DNA of 64,000 nucleotides from Sedimentisphaerales bacterium (lineage in GTDB: Bacteria > Planctomycetota > Phycisphaerae > Sedimentisphaerales > SM23-30). Numbering within the stretch: position 1 is the stretch's first letter; the number at the start of each line of letters is the position of its first letter. The stretch lies in contig CAXXFK010000012.1 in assembly GCA_963663965.2 (NCBI GenBank), positions 1 to 64,000 of the forward strand, written 5' to 3'. Of this stretch, positions 21,002-31,849 are shown in pieces. A model generated the notes under the pieces. It was not told the DNA's origin, ran no database searches, and worked only from the letters and a program-made list of their open reading frames with translations. Made by a program: the position numbers and the translations under genes.

Positions 21002-21931
21002 ATGTCTTATATGATCAGCGATACATTACACATCCTGGATGATATTCGTGATCCTGCCTGGATCGATTATATCGGCATAACCATACCCGGAACGATGACA
21101 GTTAATTTACAGTCTGAATATCAAAGACCGGATATTCCCCACGTTAACGATGTGGCAGGCTGGCAACACTGGTTAAAAACACATCGTCCGGTTCAAGTCC
21201 GGCTCTGGCAACCCGGCCCCAGATCACTGGCGCTGCTATCCTGCTTAACTCTGCTGGATATAGAGACCCAGGCCGTAATTCTCCATCCACTCAATTTCTG
21301 TAATAACCTCTTATTAAACGGCCTGCGTTATTTTGTTTCCCGAATTATTTGCTATTCACCTCTTTCAGCTCATTGGCTGTCCGGGCAGGGTATCGATGCC
21401 TCCTGCATTCGTTTAGGTAGTTTAAATATCCTCCATAATCAAAATACCCCTTCTGGAACCGGTATTCCAGAACAAACTCCTCATAACATCCTGGCCCTGC
21501 CACTGCCGCTCACCAAACAAACCTTACTGAAAATTATCTGGGCCGCCACGCTGGCCTGGTATGCTCGTCCCGCGATAAAACTGACTATTGCAGGCCCGGT
21601 GGAATCTCGAATCCAGAAAGATATTACTGAATTAACAGAAACCTGGAATTGTTCTTCTCTAATCCAGTTTGATAACACCTCAACCTGGCAGGCCCTGTTA
21701 GCCAGAACGGATCTGGTCCTCGACAGCCGGTTTGCCGGATGGAATATGTTAAGACTTCAATATGCCTTGAATGCCCGGAAACCGGTAATTACCGCCGATA
21801 CCTCCTGCCGGAATATTGCCGGCTGTAATCCTCTGTTACACCTCCTCAATACCGATAAACCAAGGTTATTAGCCGGAACAATTCTAAAAACGATTGACTC
21901 AATATCTAACAATAATCCGGTTTCTGTTTGA
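21002..21931 (+). CDS. Hypothetical protein, possibly a degenerate GT-B glycosyltransferase fold
   Basis: Weak GT4-like pattern KLTIAGP...LLARTDLVL...LQYALNARKPVITAD. Confidence 0.55.
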   Translation: MSYMISDTLHILDDIRDPAWIDYIGITIPGTMTVNLQSEYQRPDIPHVNDVAGWQHWLKTHRPVQVRLWQPGPRSLALLSCLTLLDIETQAVILHPLNFCNNLLLNGLRYFVSRIICYSPLSAHWLSGQGIDASCIRLGSLNILHNQNTPSGTGIPEQTPHNILALPLPLTKQTLLKIIWAATLAWYARPAIKLTIAGPVESRIQKDITELTETWNCSSLIQFDNTSTWQALLARTDLVLDSRFAGWNMLRLQYALNARKPVITADTSCRNIAGCNPLLHLLNTDKPRLLAGTILKTIDSISNNNPVSV

Positions 21932-22052
21932 AATTGCTCTTGGTAATGCTAAAATAAAGCAATAATGAGTAAAATAGACTGATATCTGAAATTATTCTAA
22001 CCGGAGAGATTGCTCCGGTTTGCTTTTATACAGGAAAGTCGAGGCAACAGAC

Positions 22053-22505
22053 ATGCAGATTAGCGATATACTCGATCTCAACTGCGTCATTGTACCTCTC
22101 CAGGCAGACAATAAAACACAAGCTATCACCGAAATGGTTCGACATCTGGACAAAACCGGCCATATTCGTGATTTTAATATTGCCCTGAAAGCCGTCTTGG
22201 AACGCGAATCAGTTCGGAGCACGGGGGTAGGCCAGAAATTCGCCATTCCTCACGGTAAAACCAATGCCGCGGATAACCTGGTCATGGCAGTGGCCCGTAC
22301 CGAAAAACCCATTGAGTTTCAATCCGTAGATAATCAGCCGGTCGAACTGATCTTCCTGCTCATTTCACCCACCGGCCGTACCGGACCCCATATCCAGGCC
22401 CTGGCTCGTATTTCACGCATTATGACCGATCCGGTTCTGCATGACCGAATCTGGGCAGCCTATACTGCTGAAGAACTATATAATTGCCTCATTTCCAGTA
22501 ATTAG
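22053..22505 (+). CDS. PTS EIIA domain protein (PtsN/fructose-type)
   Basis: RESVRSTGVGQKFAIPHGK phospho-His motif, PVELIFLL, HIQALARIS. Confidence 0.92.
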   Translation: MQISDILDLNCVIVPLQADNKTQAITEMVRHLDKTGHIRDFNIALKAVLERESVRSTGVGQKFAIPHGKTNAADNLVMAVARTEKPIEFQSVDNQPVELIFLLISPTGRTGPHIQALARISRIMTDPVLHDRIWAAYTAEELYNCLISSN

Positions 22506-22796
22506 AGTTCCTCTATAAATTGCTTTTGAAGCGAAAACGAGGTTGATTTTTCTCTAGCCAGGAACAAAGAACCCCGCGATTTTTCTTCTTTTTTTTTAAC
22601 TATTCCCCCTCTGCGGTTGATTTTATCTATTTTAACACGTAAAATCTTAATGTAGTCTGTTTAAACATCGATCTGACAAATAGAATTATTTTTACGATTT
22701 TTGATAGTTTACACGCATTTATGACGTTAATCAGAGAGAGGCTTTCTTATTTCCTGCCTGTATAATGCTCCCTACTCTGAGCGGAGGATAGTTATC

Positions 22797-23813
22797 ATGA
22801 AATTATATTGGGTTATTGCTATTGTTTGTTCGCTCGTATTCACCAACAGCATTCCAGCCACCTTGATATCGCCAACTTTAACTGAATTTGTTGTTTTTTC
22901 AGAAGGCAAAATGTCATTCAATGCGGATGTGGCTATCGCCGGATCAATCGGGGCTGGTGATAAGTTCACTGTCGATAATAATTTAATTTTGCTTGGCAAT
23001 TTGTACGCCCGTTCCAGAGCTATCATAGGTTCCAATAGCGAAATCTCTGGGGCGGTTCTGGCCGATGATCTGGTCAAACTGAAATCAGACAGCCAAAGCG
23101 GTAATATTGAATCCGCTAAAATTTACCTCAAAGAAAACACCGTCGTATCTGGCGATGTCCAATACCAGAAAAAGTTGTCCAAACACAAAACCTCCGCTAT
23201 CATCGGAAACCAGCTTGGCCCGATCCAGCTGGCCCTGTGGCAGCAACCACAAATGTCTTTTGCGCCAATACTTCCACAAACCGAAACCGAAAATCAATAT
23301 TTCAAATCAGAATCCGAACATACCCTGGAACCAGGTAGCTACGACAAGCTTAAAGTCAAACCCTATGGCACCCTGTTCCTCTCCGCTGGCCAGTACAATT
23401 TCAATAATATCATTCTTTCCAAAGGGGTTCTCGTTGTCGCCGATACACGAAATGGCAATATCACCATCAATGTCACGGGTGATTTCAAATCCTATGATGA
23501 TGTCACTTTTGGAAATGCCGGGGGAGGACAGGTCACGATGAACGTTGGCGATAATCTGACGATCGGTAATGACAACCAGTTTTACATCAATTTAACCGCC
23601 TGGGATGATATTGTGGTTAAAAAAAGATCGTTGGTCGCCGGTACGATTCTGGGCAAAGACAAAGTCAAGCTCTATCAGGAAGTCCAGGTTAATCCGGCCA
23701 TGCAATTTTCGTATTCATTTCCGGAAGTACCTGAGCCCGCGGCCATCCTGTTCCTGCTGGTTGGCACCATTATCATCTTCCACCGGGGAAGCAAGATCCA
23801 CACTCATAAATGA
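22797..23813 (+). CDS. PEP-CTERM surface protein, beta-solenoid-like
   Basis: Signal peptide; C-terminal VPEPAAILFLLVGTIIIFHR. Confidence 0.85.
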   Translation: MKLYWVIAIVCSLVFTNSIPATLISPTLTEFVVFSEGKMSFNADVAIAGSIGAGDKFTVDNNLILLGNLYARSRAIIGSNSEISGAVLADDLVKLKSDSQSGNIESAKIYLKENTVVSGDVQYQKKLSKHKTSAIIGNQLGPIQLALWQQPQMSFAPILPQTETENQYFKSESEHTLEPGSYDKLKVKPYGTLFLSAGQYNFNNIILSKGVLVVADTRNGNITINVTGDFKSYDDVTFGNAGGGQVTMNVGDNLTIGNDNQFYINLTAWDDIVVKKRSLVAGTILGKDKVKLYQEVQVNPAMQFSYSFPEVPEPAAILFLLVGTIIIFHRGSKIHTHK

Positions 23814-23855
23814 TCTGAGTGCCACCTGAGCAGGATAAAATCACCTAAACCACTT

Positions 23856-25331
23856 TCAACTGCCTAATTTCCTATCAAGCAATTCACCTACCAGCTTGGG
23901 ATTGGCCTGCCCTTTAGTCTTCTGCATAACCTGCCCCATCAGAAAACCGCGGGCCTTGGCGGCTTTTTTACTGCCACTGACAGCCTCTTCCACTGCCACT
24001 GGATTCGATTTCAAAATCTCATCCAGTATGCCTTCCAATTCTCCGGTATCCGATTGCATGATCAGGTTATGCTTATCCGCCAGAGTCAGCGGATCGGAAT
24101 CCTCACCCAGCATCAACTCAAAAATCCTGGCCGCCGCCGAAGCATTGACTTGTCCATCATCAACCAACCGGGCCAGACCGGCCATGCGTTCAACCGAGAT
24201 GCCGATTTCATCCATCGAGCAACCCCGCTCATTCGCCACTTTCAAACCATGTTGACTCACCAGGTTTGCCGCCCGTTTCGGCGAGGCCCCCGCCTTCACC
24301 ACGGCGTCAAAATAAACCGCTGTTCCCTTATCGCCAGTCAAAACACCGGCGTCATACTCACTCAACTCGTAATCCTCAACAAACCGTTGCTTCATCGCCT
24401 GCGGTAGCTCAGGTAACCGGGCCTTGATTTCATCCAGCAACTCTGCCGAAACCACCACCGGCACCAGGTCCGGATCGGGAAAATAACGATAGTCATTCGC
24501 CTCTTCCTTCTCACGCTGGAACACCGTCTCGCCCTTGACATCATCCCAACCCCGGTTTTGCTTGCCGAAATTCACCAGGGTATAGGATCGGTTTTCTTTC
24601 CAGGCCTCCAACTGCCGCCATTGCTCATAAGCCACGGCCCTTTCGACCGAGCGAAAACTGTTCAGATTCTTCACTTCAACAATCGGCGTTTTATGCACCT
24701 TGCCCTCTTCATCAGTAATATGCAGATTGATATTCGGTTCGAACCGCATATGGCCCTTTTGCATATCCGCCTCCGAAACACCCAGATAACGCACAACCTT
24801 CTGTAACTCCATCGCCATAAGTCGGCATTCTTCCGGAGTCTCCAGATCCGGTTGTGTTACAATTTCTAAAAGCGGTGTCCCCGTCCGGTTCAAATCCACC
24901 CGTGAATGGGGCAACCCTTCGTGCTGGTTCTTGCCGGCGTCTTCTTCCAGGTGCGCCCGCAGGATACGGATCCGCTTCGTTGAACCATCCTCCATCGGAA
25001 TATCGATATAACCATCAAAACACAAGGGCAGGTCGTATTGGCTGATCTGATAGTTCTTAGGCAAATCGGGATAAAAATAGCTCTTGCGGTCCCATTTAGT
25101 AAACTCTGCGATCTGACAATTCAGCGCCAGACCCGCCAGAATCGACATCTCAACCGCTTTGCGGTTCATAACCGGTAACGCGCCCGGCAACCCCAGACAA
25201 ACCGGACATACGTGACTGTTCGGCGCATCGCCAAAGCCCAGTTCACACCCGCAAAATAACTTTGTTCGGGTTGCCAGTTGCACATGTATTTCCATTCCAA
25301 CAATTAATTTGGCTTCCATAGGTCCACTCAT
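23856..25331 (-). CDS. gatB: Asp/Glu-tRNA amidotransferase subunit B
   Basis: GMEIHVQL, RKSYFYPDLPKNYQISQ, HLEEDAGK, YRYFPDPDL. Confidence 0.98.
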   Translation of the reverse strand: MSGPMEAKLIVGMEIHVQLATRTKLFCGCELGFGDAPNSHVCPVCLGLPGALPVMNRKAVEMSILAGLALNCQIAEFTKWDRKSYFYPDLPKNYQISQYDLPLCFDGYIDIPMEDGSTKRIRILRAHLEEDAGKNQHEGLPHSRVDLNRTGTPLLEIVTQPDLETPEECRLMAMELQKVVRYLGVSEADMQKGHMRFEPNINLHITDEEGKVHKTPIVEVKNLNSFRSVERAVAYEQWRQLEAWKENRSYTLVNFGKQNRGWDDVKGETVFQREKEEANDYRYFPDPDLVPVVVSAELLDEIKARLPELPQAMKQRFVEDYELSEYDAGVLTGDKGTAVYFDAVVKAGASPKRAANLVSQHGLKVANERGCSMDEIGISVERMAGLARLVDDGQVNASAAARIFELMLGEDSDPLTLADKHNLIMQSDTGELEGILDEILKSNPVAVEEAVSGSKKAAKARGFLMGQVMQKTKGQANPKLVGELLDRKLGS

Positions 25332-25353
25332 TTATCTTAGATTTAACAGTTAA

Positions 25354-26826
25354 TCACAAAATCTCAGCCAGTCGATTATAATCCGTGGCTTTTTCAAACA
25401 TCCGGGCAATCCGCAGCAAACGGGCCTCCTCAAACGCTCCGGCCATCATTTGCAATCCAATCGGTAATCCGGCTTGCGTAAATCCACAGGGAATACTGAT
25501 AGCGGGAATACCTGCCAGATTGACGCCAATGGTATAAATATCCGATAAATACATTTTTAATGGATCATCGGTTTTTTCACCCATTTTAAAAGCCGGTTCC
25601 GGCGCCGTGGGACACAACAGACAATCGCATTGTTTTAAGGCATTATCAAAATCCCGACGGATCAGTGCTCGCACTTTTAATGCCTTCAGGTAATAGGCGT
25701 CGTAATACCCCGCGCTCAAGGAATAAGTACCCAGCATAATCCGGCGCTTGACTTCCGGGCCAAATCCCTCTTCCCGCGAAGAACAATAGACATCCAGATA
25801 ATCTTTGGGATCGGCCGTTCGATGGCCGTAATGCACCCCATCGTAACGCGCCAGATTACTGGAGGCCTCGGCTGTTGCGATCAGATAATAAGCCGCAATG
25901 GCATATTTCATATGCGGCAACTCCACCTCAATCAGTTGCGCGCCCAGTTGCTTGTAGGTGTCAATTGCCGCTTCAACCGCTGAACGCACTTCAGGATCCA
26001 AGCCTTCCGCCGCCATAAACTCTTTAGCGATTCCAATTTTCAATTTGTTTACCGGCTGATCGATCTCAGTCAGATAGTCAACCTTTGGAGCTTGCTTCTC
26101 ATCGACACTGGTGCTATCCCGGCGGTCATGACCGGCAATCGTGTTAAGCAGCAATGCCGCATCGCTTACTGTACGGGCAAACGGTCCGATCTGATCCAGA
26201 CTACTGCCGTAGGCCACCAGGCCATAACGGCTTACCCGGCCATAAGTCGGCTTGAGACCAACGATCCCGCAAAAACTGGCCGGCAGCCGGATCGAGCCGC
26301 CGGTATCGCTGCCCAGCGAACCGAAACACATCCCTCCCGCCACAGCAGCCGCCGAACCGCCGCTGCTGCCACCCGGCACACGGCTGGGATCCCACGGGTT
26401 AACTGTCTGTTTGAGACCGGAATTCTCACAACTGGAACCCATGGCAAATTCATCCAGATTGCACTTGCCAACCACCACTGCGTCAGCCTGCTCCAACTGC
26501 TCAACCACATGAGCGTTATACGGCGGACGATAATTGACCAGAATCTTCGACGCACAGGTGGTCGGAGCATAAGTCGTACACATATTATCTTTGAGCGCGA
26601 TCGGCACGCCTGCCAATGGCCCTACTGGACGACCATCCGCAATACTCTCATCCACTTCACGAGCCTTATGCAGCGCCTGGTCCCGGCAAACAGTGATAAA
26701 CGCGCCAATTGTCGGATCAACCGCGTCGATCCGGTCAAACACACACTTCACGGCCTCTTCACTTTTTATCGCACCCGAAGCGATACGATCCCGAAGCTCT
26801 TTCAAGGTTATTTCCGCAATATTCAT
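25354..26826 (-). CDS. gatA: Asp/Glu-tRNA amidotransferase subunit A
   Basis: GGSSGGSAA, GSDTGGSIR, EVKRRIMLGT. Confidence 0.98.
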   Translation of the reverse strand: MNIAEITLKELRDRIASGAIKSEEAVKCVFDRIDAVDPTIGAFITVCRDQALHKAREVDESIADGRPVGPLAGVPIALKDNMCTTYAPTTCASKILVNYRPPYNAHVVEQLEQADAVVVGKCNLDEFAMGSSCENSGLKQTVNPWDPSRVPGGSSGGSAAAVAGGMCFGSLGSDTGGSIRLPASFCGIVGLKPTYGRVSRYGLVAYGSSLDQIGPFARTVSDAALLLNTIAGHDRRDSTSVDEKQAPKVDYLTEIDQPVNKLKIGIAKEFMAAEGLDPEVRSAVEAAIDTYKQLGAQLIEVELPHMKYAIAAYYLIATAEASSNLARYDGVHYGHRTADPKDYLDVYCSSREEGFGPEVKRRIMLGTYSLSAGYYDAYYLKALKVRALIRRDFDNALKQCDCLLCPTAPEPAFKMGEKTDDPLKMYLSDIYTIGVNLAGIPAISIPCGFTQAGLPIGLQMMAGAFEEARLLRIARMFEKATDYNRLAEIL

Positions 26827-26899
26827 CTTACACCTGTTATGTATGCGATGGTTTCTATATCAATCTTACTAATTTAGCAGGAGCTGGGCCCGGTTTGGG

Positions 26900-27205
26900 T
26901 TATGCCCCGCCATCCCCCAGGACCTTGGGTACCGCGAAAAATTCGCCATCCCGCTGGGGCGCGTTACTCAGCGCCTGATCATTACTCAACGACCGGCCCG
27001 GCACATCCTCTCGAAAAACATTGTCCACCGCCAGACAATGAGCCAGTGGTTCAACCTGATCCGTATTCACCTCATTCAACTGCTCAACATATTCCAGTAT
27101 CGCGCTCAACTGGCCGGTGAATTCCTGAATTTCCGCTTCAGTACAATTCAATCGCGCCAGCTTGGCCACATGCCGAATATCCTGTTCTGTAACTTTTTTG
27201 CTCAT
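26900..27205 (-). CDS. gatC: Asp/Glu-tRNA amidotransferase subunit C
   Basis: HVAKLARL, FRED, NAP...FAVPKV. Lies upstream of gatA. Confidence 0.97.
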   Translation of the reverse strand: MSKKVTEQDIRHVAKLARLNCTEAEIQEFTGQLSAILEYVEQLNEVNTDQVEPLAHCLAVDNVFREDVPGRSLSNDQALSNAPQRDGEFFAVPKVLGDGGA

Positions 27206-27540
27206 AATAGGTTACCTTAATTAGCCTCTTACTGAGACTCATGTTCAATCTCCAGGCGCTTAAACGCCGTCAATCCATAATATAGAAACAACCAACCAGC
27301 CTGTCCAGCCTCTTCCACATTTAGCTCTCTGTCTGGATTCATCAGGAATCTGGCATGACCAGAATCGTCCGATAATCGCCCTGATCGTTATAGTCATCAT
27401 AAATTGCCAGACGATCTTCTTTATTTATCGGATTCCATCATACCTCCAATATTGCCGGCACAGAGAATAACCGATTTCCCCTACAGTTACCAGCTGAATT
27501 GGCCTTATTAATACAACCACCCCTTGGAGGATGGATAAAG

Positions 27541-28302
27541 ATGAAAATCTTCGCATGTTTCACGATGGTTTCGCTTTTCACTTTAAGCGCTCTGGCGACA
27601 GTCGTTCCAATCAGCAGTGTCACGACTTACGATTATTCGGCCCCTTTACCAGAAGACACTTCTCAATCTACTCAGGCTTACCAACTGGTCTCAATCACCG
27701 TTGGTAATACCTATATTCCTGCTTCCAGCCTCATGCTGGGCCAGTCACAACTCGAATCCGGCCAATACGCCAATGGTATTGAAACCGACTGGAGCCAGGT
27801 AACCGATCCGGCCGGAGTGGATAATTTTGATATCAATGATCTGGTCGCACGCGATTTCGGATCTCTTACCCCTGAGAAACAATGGATCATCACCCATATC
27901 GGCGGTGGAACCTATTATGAAAACATGAATGGTACTGCGCCGGATTTCCTGATATTCGCAGCCACCAATCAGGGAATCATCGACCCGGTTACTATTCAGG
28001 CTATTTTGCCCGCCAACTACCTCGGACAACCTCTCAGGATCGAGTCGGACAACTGGGGCGACACCGGTAAACCGATCACGGATCAAAACCAGAATAATGG
28101 CCAGGCCATTAAAGGAATCGCCTTCTCGATTACCGATCTGCTTGATCCTTACGGCGCCCCCCTGCAAGACTGGGTTGCTATTAAGGGATTGATCATCACC
28201 GGCAACAACCTCGATCCCACCCATTTCTCCGCAGTACCCGAGCCCATCCAATTTGTCTTATTAGGCCTCGGCGCCCTGGGTATCCGGCATCGCCGAAAAT
28301 AG
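27541..28302 (+). CDS. PEP-CTERM surface protein
   Basis: GGAGG RBS, signal peptide, C-terminal VPEPIQFVLLGLGALGIRHRRK. Confidence 0.88.
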   Translation: MKIFACFTMVSLFTLSALATVVPISSVTTYDYSAPLPEDTSQSTQAYQLVSITVGNTYIPASSLMLGQSQLESGQYANGIETDWSQVTDPAGVDNFDINDLVARDFGSLTPEKQWIITHIGGGTYYENMNGTAPDFLIFAATNQGIIDPVTIQAILPANYLGQPLRIESDNWGDTGKPITDQNQNNGQAIKGIAFSITDLLDPYGAPLQDWVAIKGLIITGNNLDPTHFSAVPEPIQFVLLGLGALGIRHRRK

Positions 28303-28379
28303 CCGCATCCCTTGACAAAAATTAAAGGCTATGTCCCGTTTCCAGGATCATAGCCTTTTTTTAACTGATCTCAAATCGA

Positions 28380-29777
28380 TTATTCGATCGGTTTTTCCGC
28401 AAGCTGCAATTTCCTGCGTTCTGCGTTATCCCTTTCAATTGCCTCTCGGAATGAATCAGCGGTCATCCGCTCTACATGGCCATCTAAAAATCCCGCCAGA
28501 TATGGCATCTTACCATCATCGATCTTTTCCCAGACCACAATCATCGGCTGGGATTTGCATTCTTTGGTCAAATCACTGCCGCGATATTGATACCCGCCGC
28601 TCTTTCCCATCGCCACCAGCGGAGAGGTCAGCATCTTCTTATCCAGATAACCTTTATCCGCGATCGCTGGTAAATCAGGCGGAGTCTTGCCATGATTGTC
28701 ATCCATATACATAACATATCCCAGCATTAACTGTTTGATTTGACTCATTGATACCGTCATCAGCGCCTGTTCGCGCGCTTCGCCGGTCGCGGCCAGAATC
28801 ATCGGCATAACAATGTTGTCAATATCTTCACCGGTTAATTGACGACTTAACCGGGATCCGTCTACCCTGGGATTGATGAGTTCGAATAACTTTTCAATAT
28901 CTGGGATTTCCTGAATTTGCTTTTCACGAGTCAGCAATTCTTTTTCCGCTTCGGTCAACAATTCCAATGCTTTACGAGCGCTGGCGCTGTCGGCAGATTG
29001 AACCAGATAGGTCAGTTCGAATTTTGGTGGAAAACTGATTTTCATAGTGGCCCAGTTAACCATATCCGCCAGCTCGTTGCCGTTGACATAGTGATCTCCC
29101 AGTTTCTCAGTGGCTATCGACTCTCGCAATGTCCGTTTCATGTTCTCCGAAATAAAAGCCATCGCTGAGATGCCGCTGCCATCCGCGGCCCCCCAGGCTT
29201 CCTTGAATCCGGATGGCGCCCCTTTATCGGGCGACGTTAATCGCTGGAGAATATCGTTGCGCCCGGCATAGATCACATCGCCAACCTGGCGCACCGTTTC
29301 GAAATTGACAAACATCTTCGCTTCCCGTTTGTCGATTTTGATCATATTTAACAATGGGAACAATGCCGATCCGTTTTTTCCCGGTTCGATAATAATCACC
29401 ACATACATCTGGGGTAGATCAATGCCGCTCATAATGACATAGATATCACGCGCGCCGACGGATCGGAACAAATCCAGATAACCCTGAAAAGCCAGCCAGG
29501 GCCCTCCCATCTCGTCAGGCATGGCATTGGTTTCACCGGGGCGATCTGGAAACAGAGTGATATACTGGGAAAATTTTTCGTAAATGGCTTTCAATTCGAT
29601 TTGATTGACTCCCAGCCGTGCGACCATGCAGGTATCCGATTCAATCCAGGGCAACAACGCCTGATAATCCTTTTCTGTACTCTCAACTTGCCCAACAGAA
29701 ATGCTGGATACGCACAAAATCGCTGCCAAAAAGATTATAACAACTGAATATCGCTTTGGGTTGATGGGTTTGTTCAT
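28380..29777 (-). CDS. Secreted protein with C-terminal DUF1559/H-X9-DG-like pilin-head domain
   Basis: Signal peptide; AREQALMTVSMSQIKQLMLGYVMY...PPDL...FLDGHVE. Confidence 0.8.
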   Translation of the reverse strand: MNKPINPKRYSVVIIFLAAILCVSSISVGQVESTEKDYQALLPWIESDTCMVARLGVNQIELKAIYEKFSQYITLFPDRPGETNAMPDEMGGPWLAFQGYLDLFRSVGARDIYVIMSGIDLPQMYVVIIIEPGKNGSALFPLLNMIKIDKREAKMFVNFETVRQVGDVIYAGRNDILQRLTSPDKGAPSGFKEAWGAADGSGISAMAFISENMKRTLRESIATEKLGDHYVNGNELADMVNWATMKISFPPKFELTYLVQSADSASARKALELLTEAEKELLTREKQIQEIPDIEKLFELINPRVDGSRLSRQLTGEDIDNIVMPMILAATGEAREQALMTVSMSQIKQLMLGYVMYMDDNHGKTPPDLPAIADKGYLDKKMLTSPLVAMGKSGGYQYRGSDLTKECKSQPMIVVWEKIDDGKMPYLAGFLDGHVERMTADSFREAIERDNAERRKLQLAEKPIE

Positions 29778-29815
29778 GACTGTGATTCCTTATATAATGG
29801 TATGATAAATGACCG

Positions 29816-31234
29816 TTATTTTAAGACTATCCGAAAGATTTCCATTCGCTTGGGATCAGGATCATATAACTCAAGCCGGGCCCCGGTTTCAGTCCGGACA
29901 TAATCAAATGGCCGGCCAGTCACTGGATTGTCAAGAATCGGCGCCATGCTGATGTCCTCCAGTCGCTCCGGTAGTTTGCCTTCCTGGGCGGCATACAAAC
30001 GAATCGCTTCCAGTGTACGCAGGCCGGCAATGGTACACTGTTGCCTGGTCATTTGCAAATAACATTTGGATAATGCCGGCATTAAATTGAAAAACAAATT
30101 GGTCATGATCTCGGCATTGCTCTCTCTCAGGATCGCCATCTTCTTTTCAATCTTTTCCAGTTCGATACTCGCGCGCGGATAATCGACCAGGAACCATTGG
30201 GCCGTCTCATCGCGGATCGGTACGTATTCGTTCCACTGCCACAACAGGACCGCCTGGGCGGCCGGAATCCGCTCCACCCATTCCGGATCGAAACCCTGTT
30301 CCAATAAACCCTTTTTAGCGCGCGTATAGCCTGCCAGCACGATCATGGTGGCTATTTTGGAGGATTGCCCCTCCGAAATCATGACAAACATCTCCTGAAT
30401 GGCCTGATTCGCTTCCTGGGCTGACATGATTTTTTTGTCAATGTCTTTAATACCCGGACAGAAATATTCATAAATCGACAGTTCGTTACTGACCGCCTGA
30501 CGGATATCGACCAGCGGATTGGGCAATGCCGCCAGGGTCCAGTATAAATTGGGACAATCCGGTTGCTGGATCATCTCTTCAATCTGGCCGGACATCAACT
30601 GGCCAATAGCAATCCCCACCAGATGCTGGATAAGCGTTTTTCCCTGACCCAGGTTTTTAGCCATCACAAATCCATACTTTAACGTATTAATGGCTTGATC
30701 GTAATCACTCTGAACCGCGTAATACCGGGTTTGTAATGCCAGCATTTTGGCAATGATTCGATATTCCGAAAGATTCGGTAACAACATGCTGAATCCATCT
30801 TCCAACGTCTCCTGCCAGTCACAATAATACCGGCTCGTAGCATGTTTAAGCAATACATCCTGGTAAACCATGACCTCACGGACCTCATCCAGGTGAGTCT
30901 TGAAAGTGTCACGATCCATATTCAGCAATTCATCGATCTTTTCTCGCTTTTTATCCCATTCATCATCCTTAGGTAACGATGAGACCAGATTGTTATAATC
31001 CAGTGCGGCATTGCCCGGCTTCAATTCGATTAAAGTCGGCATCAGCCGATAGCGCAGCGAAGGGATTGGCAATGGCTGCGCATGCAGGATGACATCGGTC
31101 TGCTTGACTTCAACTTGAGGTGGCGCTTTCTCGCCACCTGAGGGCTTTATTACGTTCACCTGCCCCATCAAGCCATTCCAGGCAAAAACCGAAACTAACA
31201 GAAAACTCCATAAATATCTATGCTTGTTGTTCAT
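29816..31234 (-). CDS. Secreted helical protein with GspG-like C-terminus
   Basis: Signal peptide; ends EAIRLYAAQEGKLPERLEDI...NPVTGRPFDY. Confidence 0.78.
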   Translation of the reverse strand: MNNKHRYLWSFLLVSVFAWNGLMGQVNVIKPSGGEKAPPQVEVKQTDVILHAQPLPIPSLRYRLMPTLIELKPGNAALDYNNLVSSLPKDDEWDKKREKIDELLNMDRDTFKTHLDEVREVMVYQDVLLKHATSRYYCDWQETLEDGFSMLLPNLSEYRIIAKMLALQTRYYAVQSDYDQAINTLKYGFVMAKNLGQGKTLIQHLVGIAIGQLMSGQIEEMIQQPDCPNLYWTLAALPNPLVDIRQAVSNELSIYEYFCPGIKDIDKKIMSAQEANQAIQEMFVMISEGQSSKIATMIVLAGYTRAKKGLLEQGFDPEWVERIPAAQAVLLWQWNEYVPIRDETAQWFLVDYPRASIELEKIEKKMAILRESNAEIMTNLFFNLMPALSKCYLQMTRQQCTIAGLRTLEAIRLYAAQEGKLPERLEDISMAPILDNPVTGRPFDYVRTETGARLELYDPDPKRMEIFRIVLK

Positions 31235-31426
31235 AAGAAATAACCTCTTTCTTGTTTAATCTGAACGCTCTATCAGGATATCAAATTATCCCGGCAGTAT
31301 TGTCAACATCAACGACTATTGATTGCATTTTTCAATGGGCTGACTATCAATCAATCTTTATTAAAATTCGTCATCAATCCCGGGAGTTTTATCGATAACG
31401 TATCCGTTTACTCATTGGTTTTTATG

Positions 31427-31849
31427 TTAAAGCGTATTGGTTCGCAAGCAATAAGCTCTGCTGCTGCCGTTCGATTCCGGCAGATCGTCCATATTCCCAT
31501 CAATAGCCAGTTCCCGCTGGGCCAGGTAGGTAAAAGGACTGTCATCGCTATTCAAAATAACCGGTTCGCCCTGAACGGTCTTTGGTAATGGATGAGTATT
31601 CTCCTGCTGTGCGATAGTATTGACTTCCGATCCGGGGACAGGCGTGATAGGATGGCTCCGTCCCATCAGTGACAATGATAAACACACCAGCAAAATGGCG
31701 CTGACGGCGACACTGCCTGCCTGCCACTGCCTCAAGGCGCGCCGGCCGGCCTGATAACCGGCCTGATAAATCAACGGCTCCAGTTTTAATTCGGAAGCGC
31801 TCGGACGCAGGGCGCTTAACGCACTTTCAAATTCACTGATCGGTTGCAT
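31427..31849 (-). CDS. Putative small single-TM anti-sigma factor
   Basis: Overlaps the end of the ECF gene; FESALSALRP...AGYQAG then one TM. Confidence 0.7.
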   Translation of the reverse strand: MQPISEFESALSALRPSASELKLEPLIYQAGYQAGRRALRQWQAGSVAVSAILLVCLSLSLMGRSHPITPVPGSEVNTIAQQENTHPLPKTVQGEPVILNSDDSPFTYLAQRELAIDGNMDDLPESNGSSRAYCLRTNTL

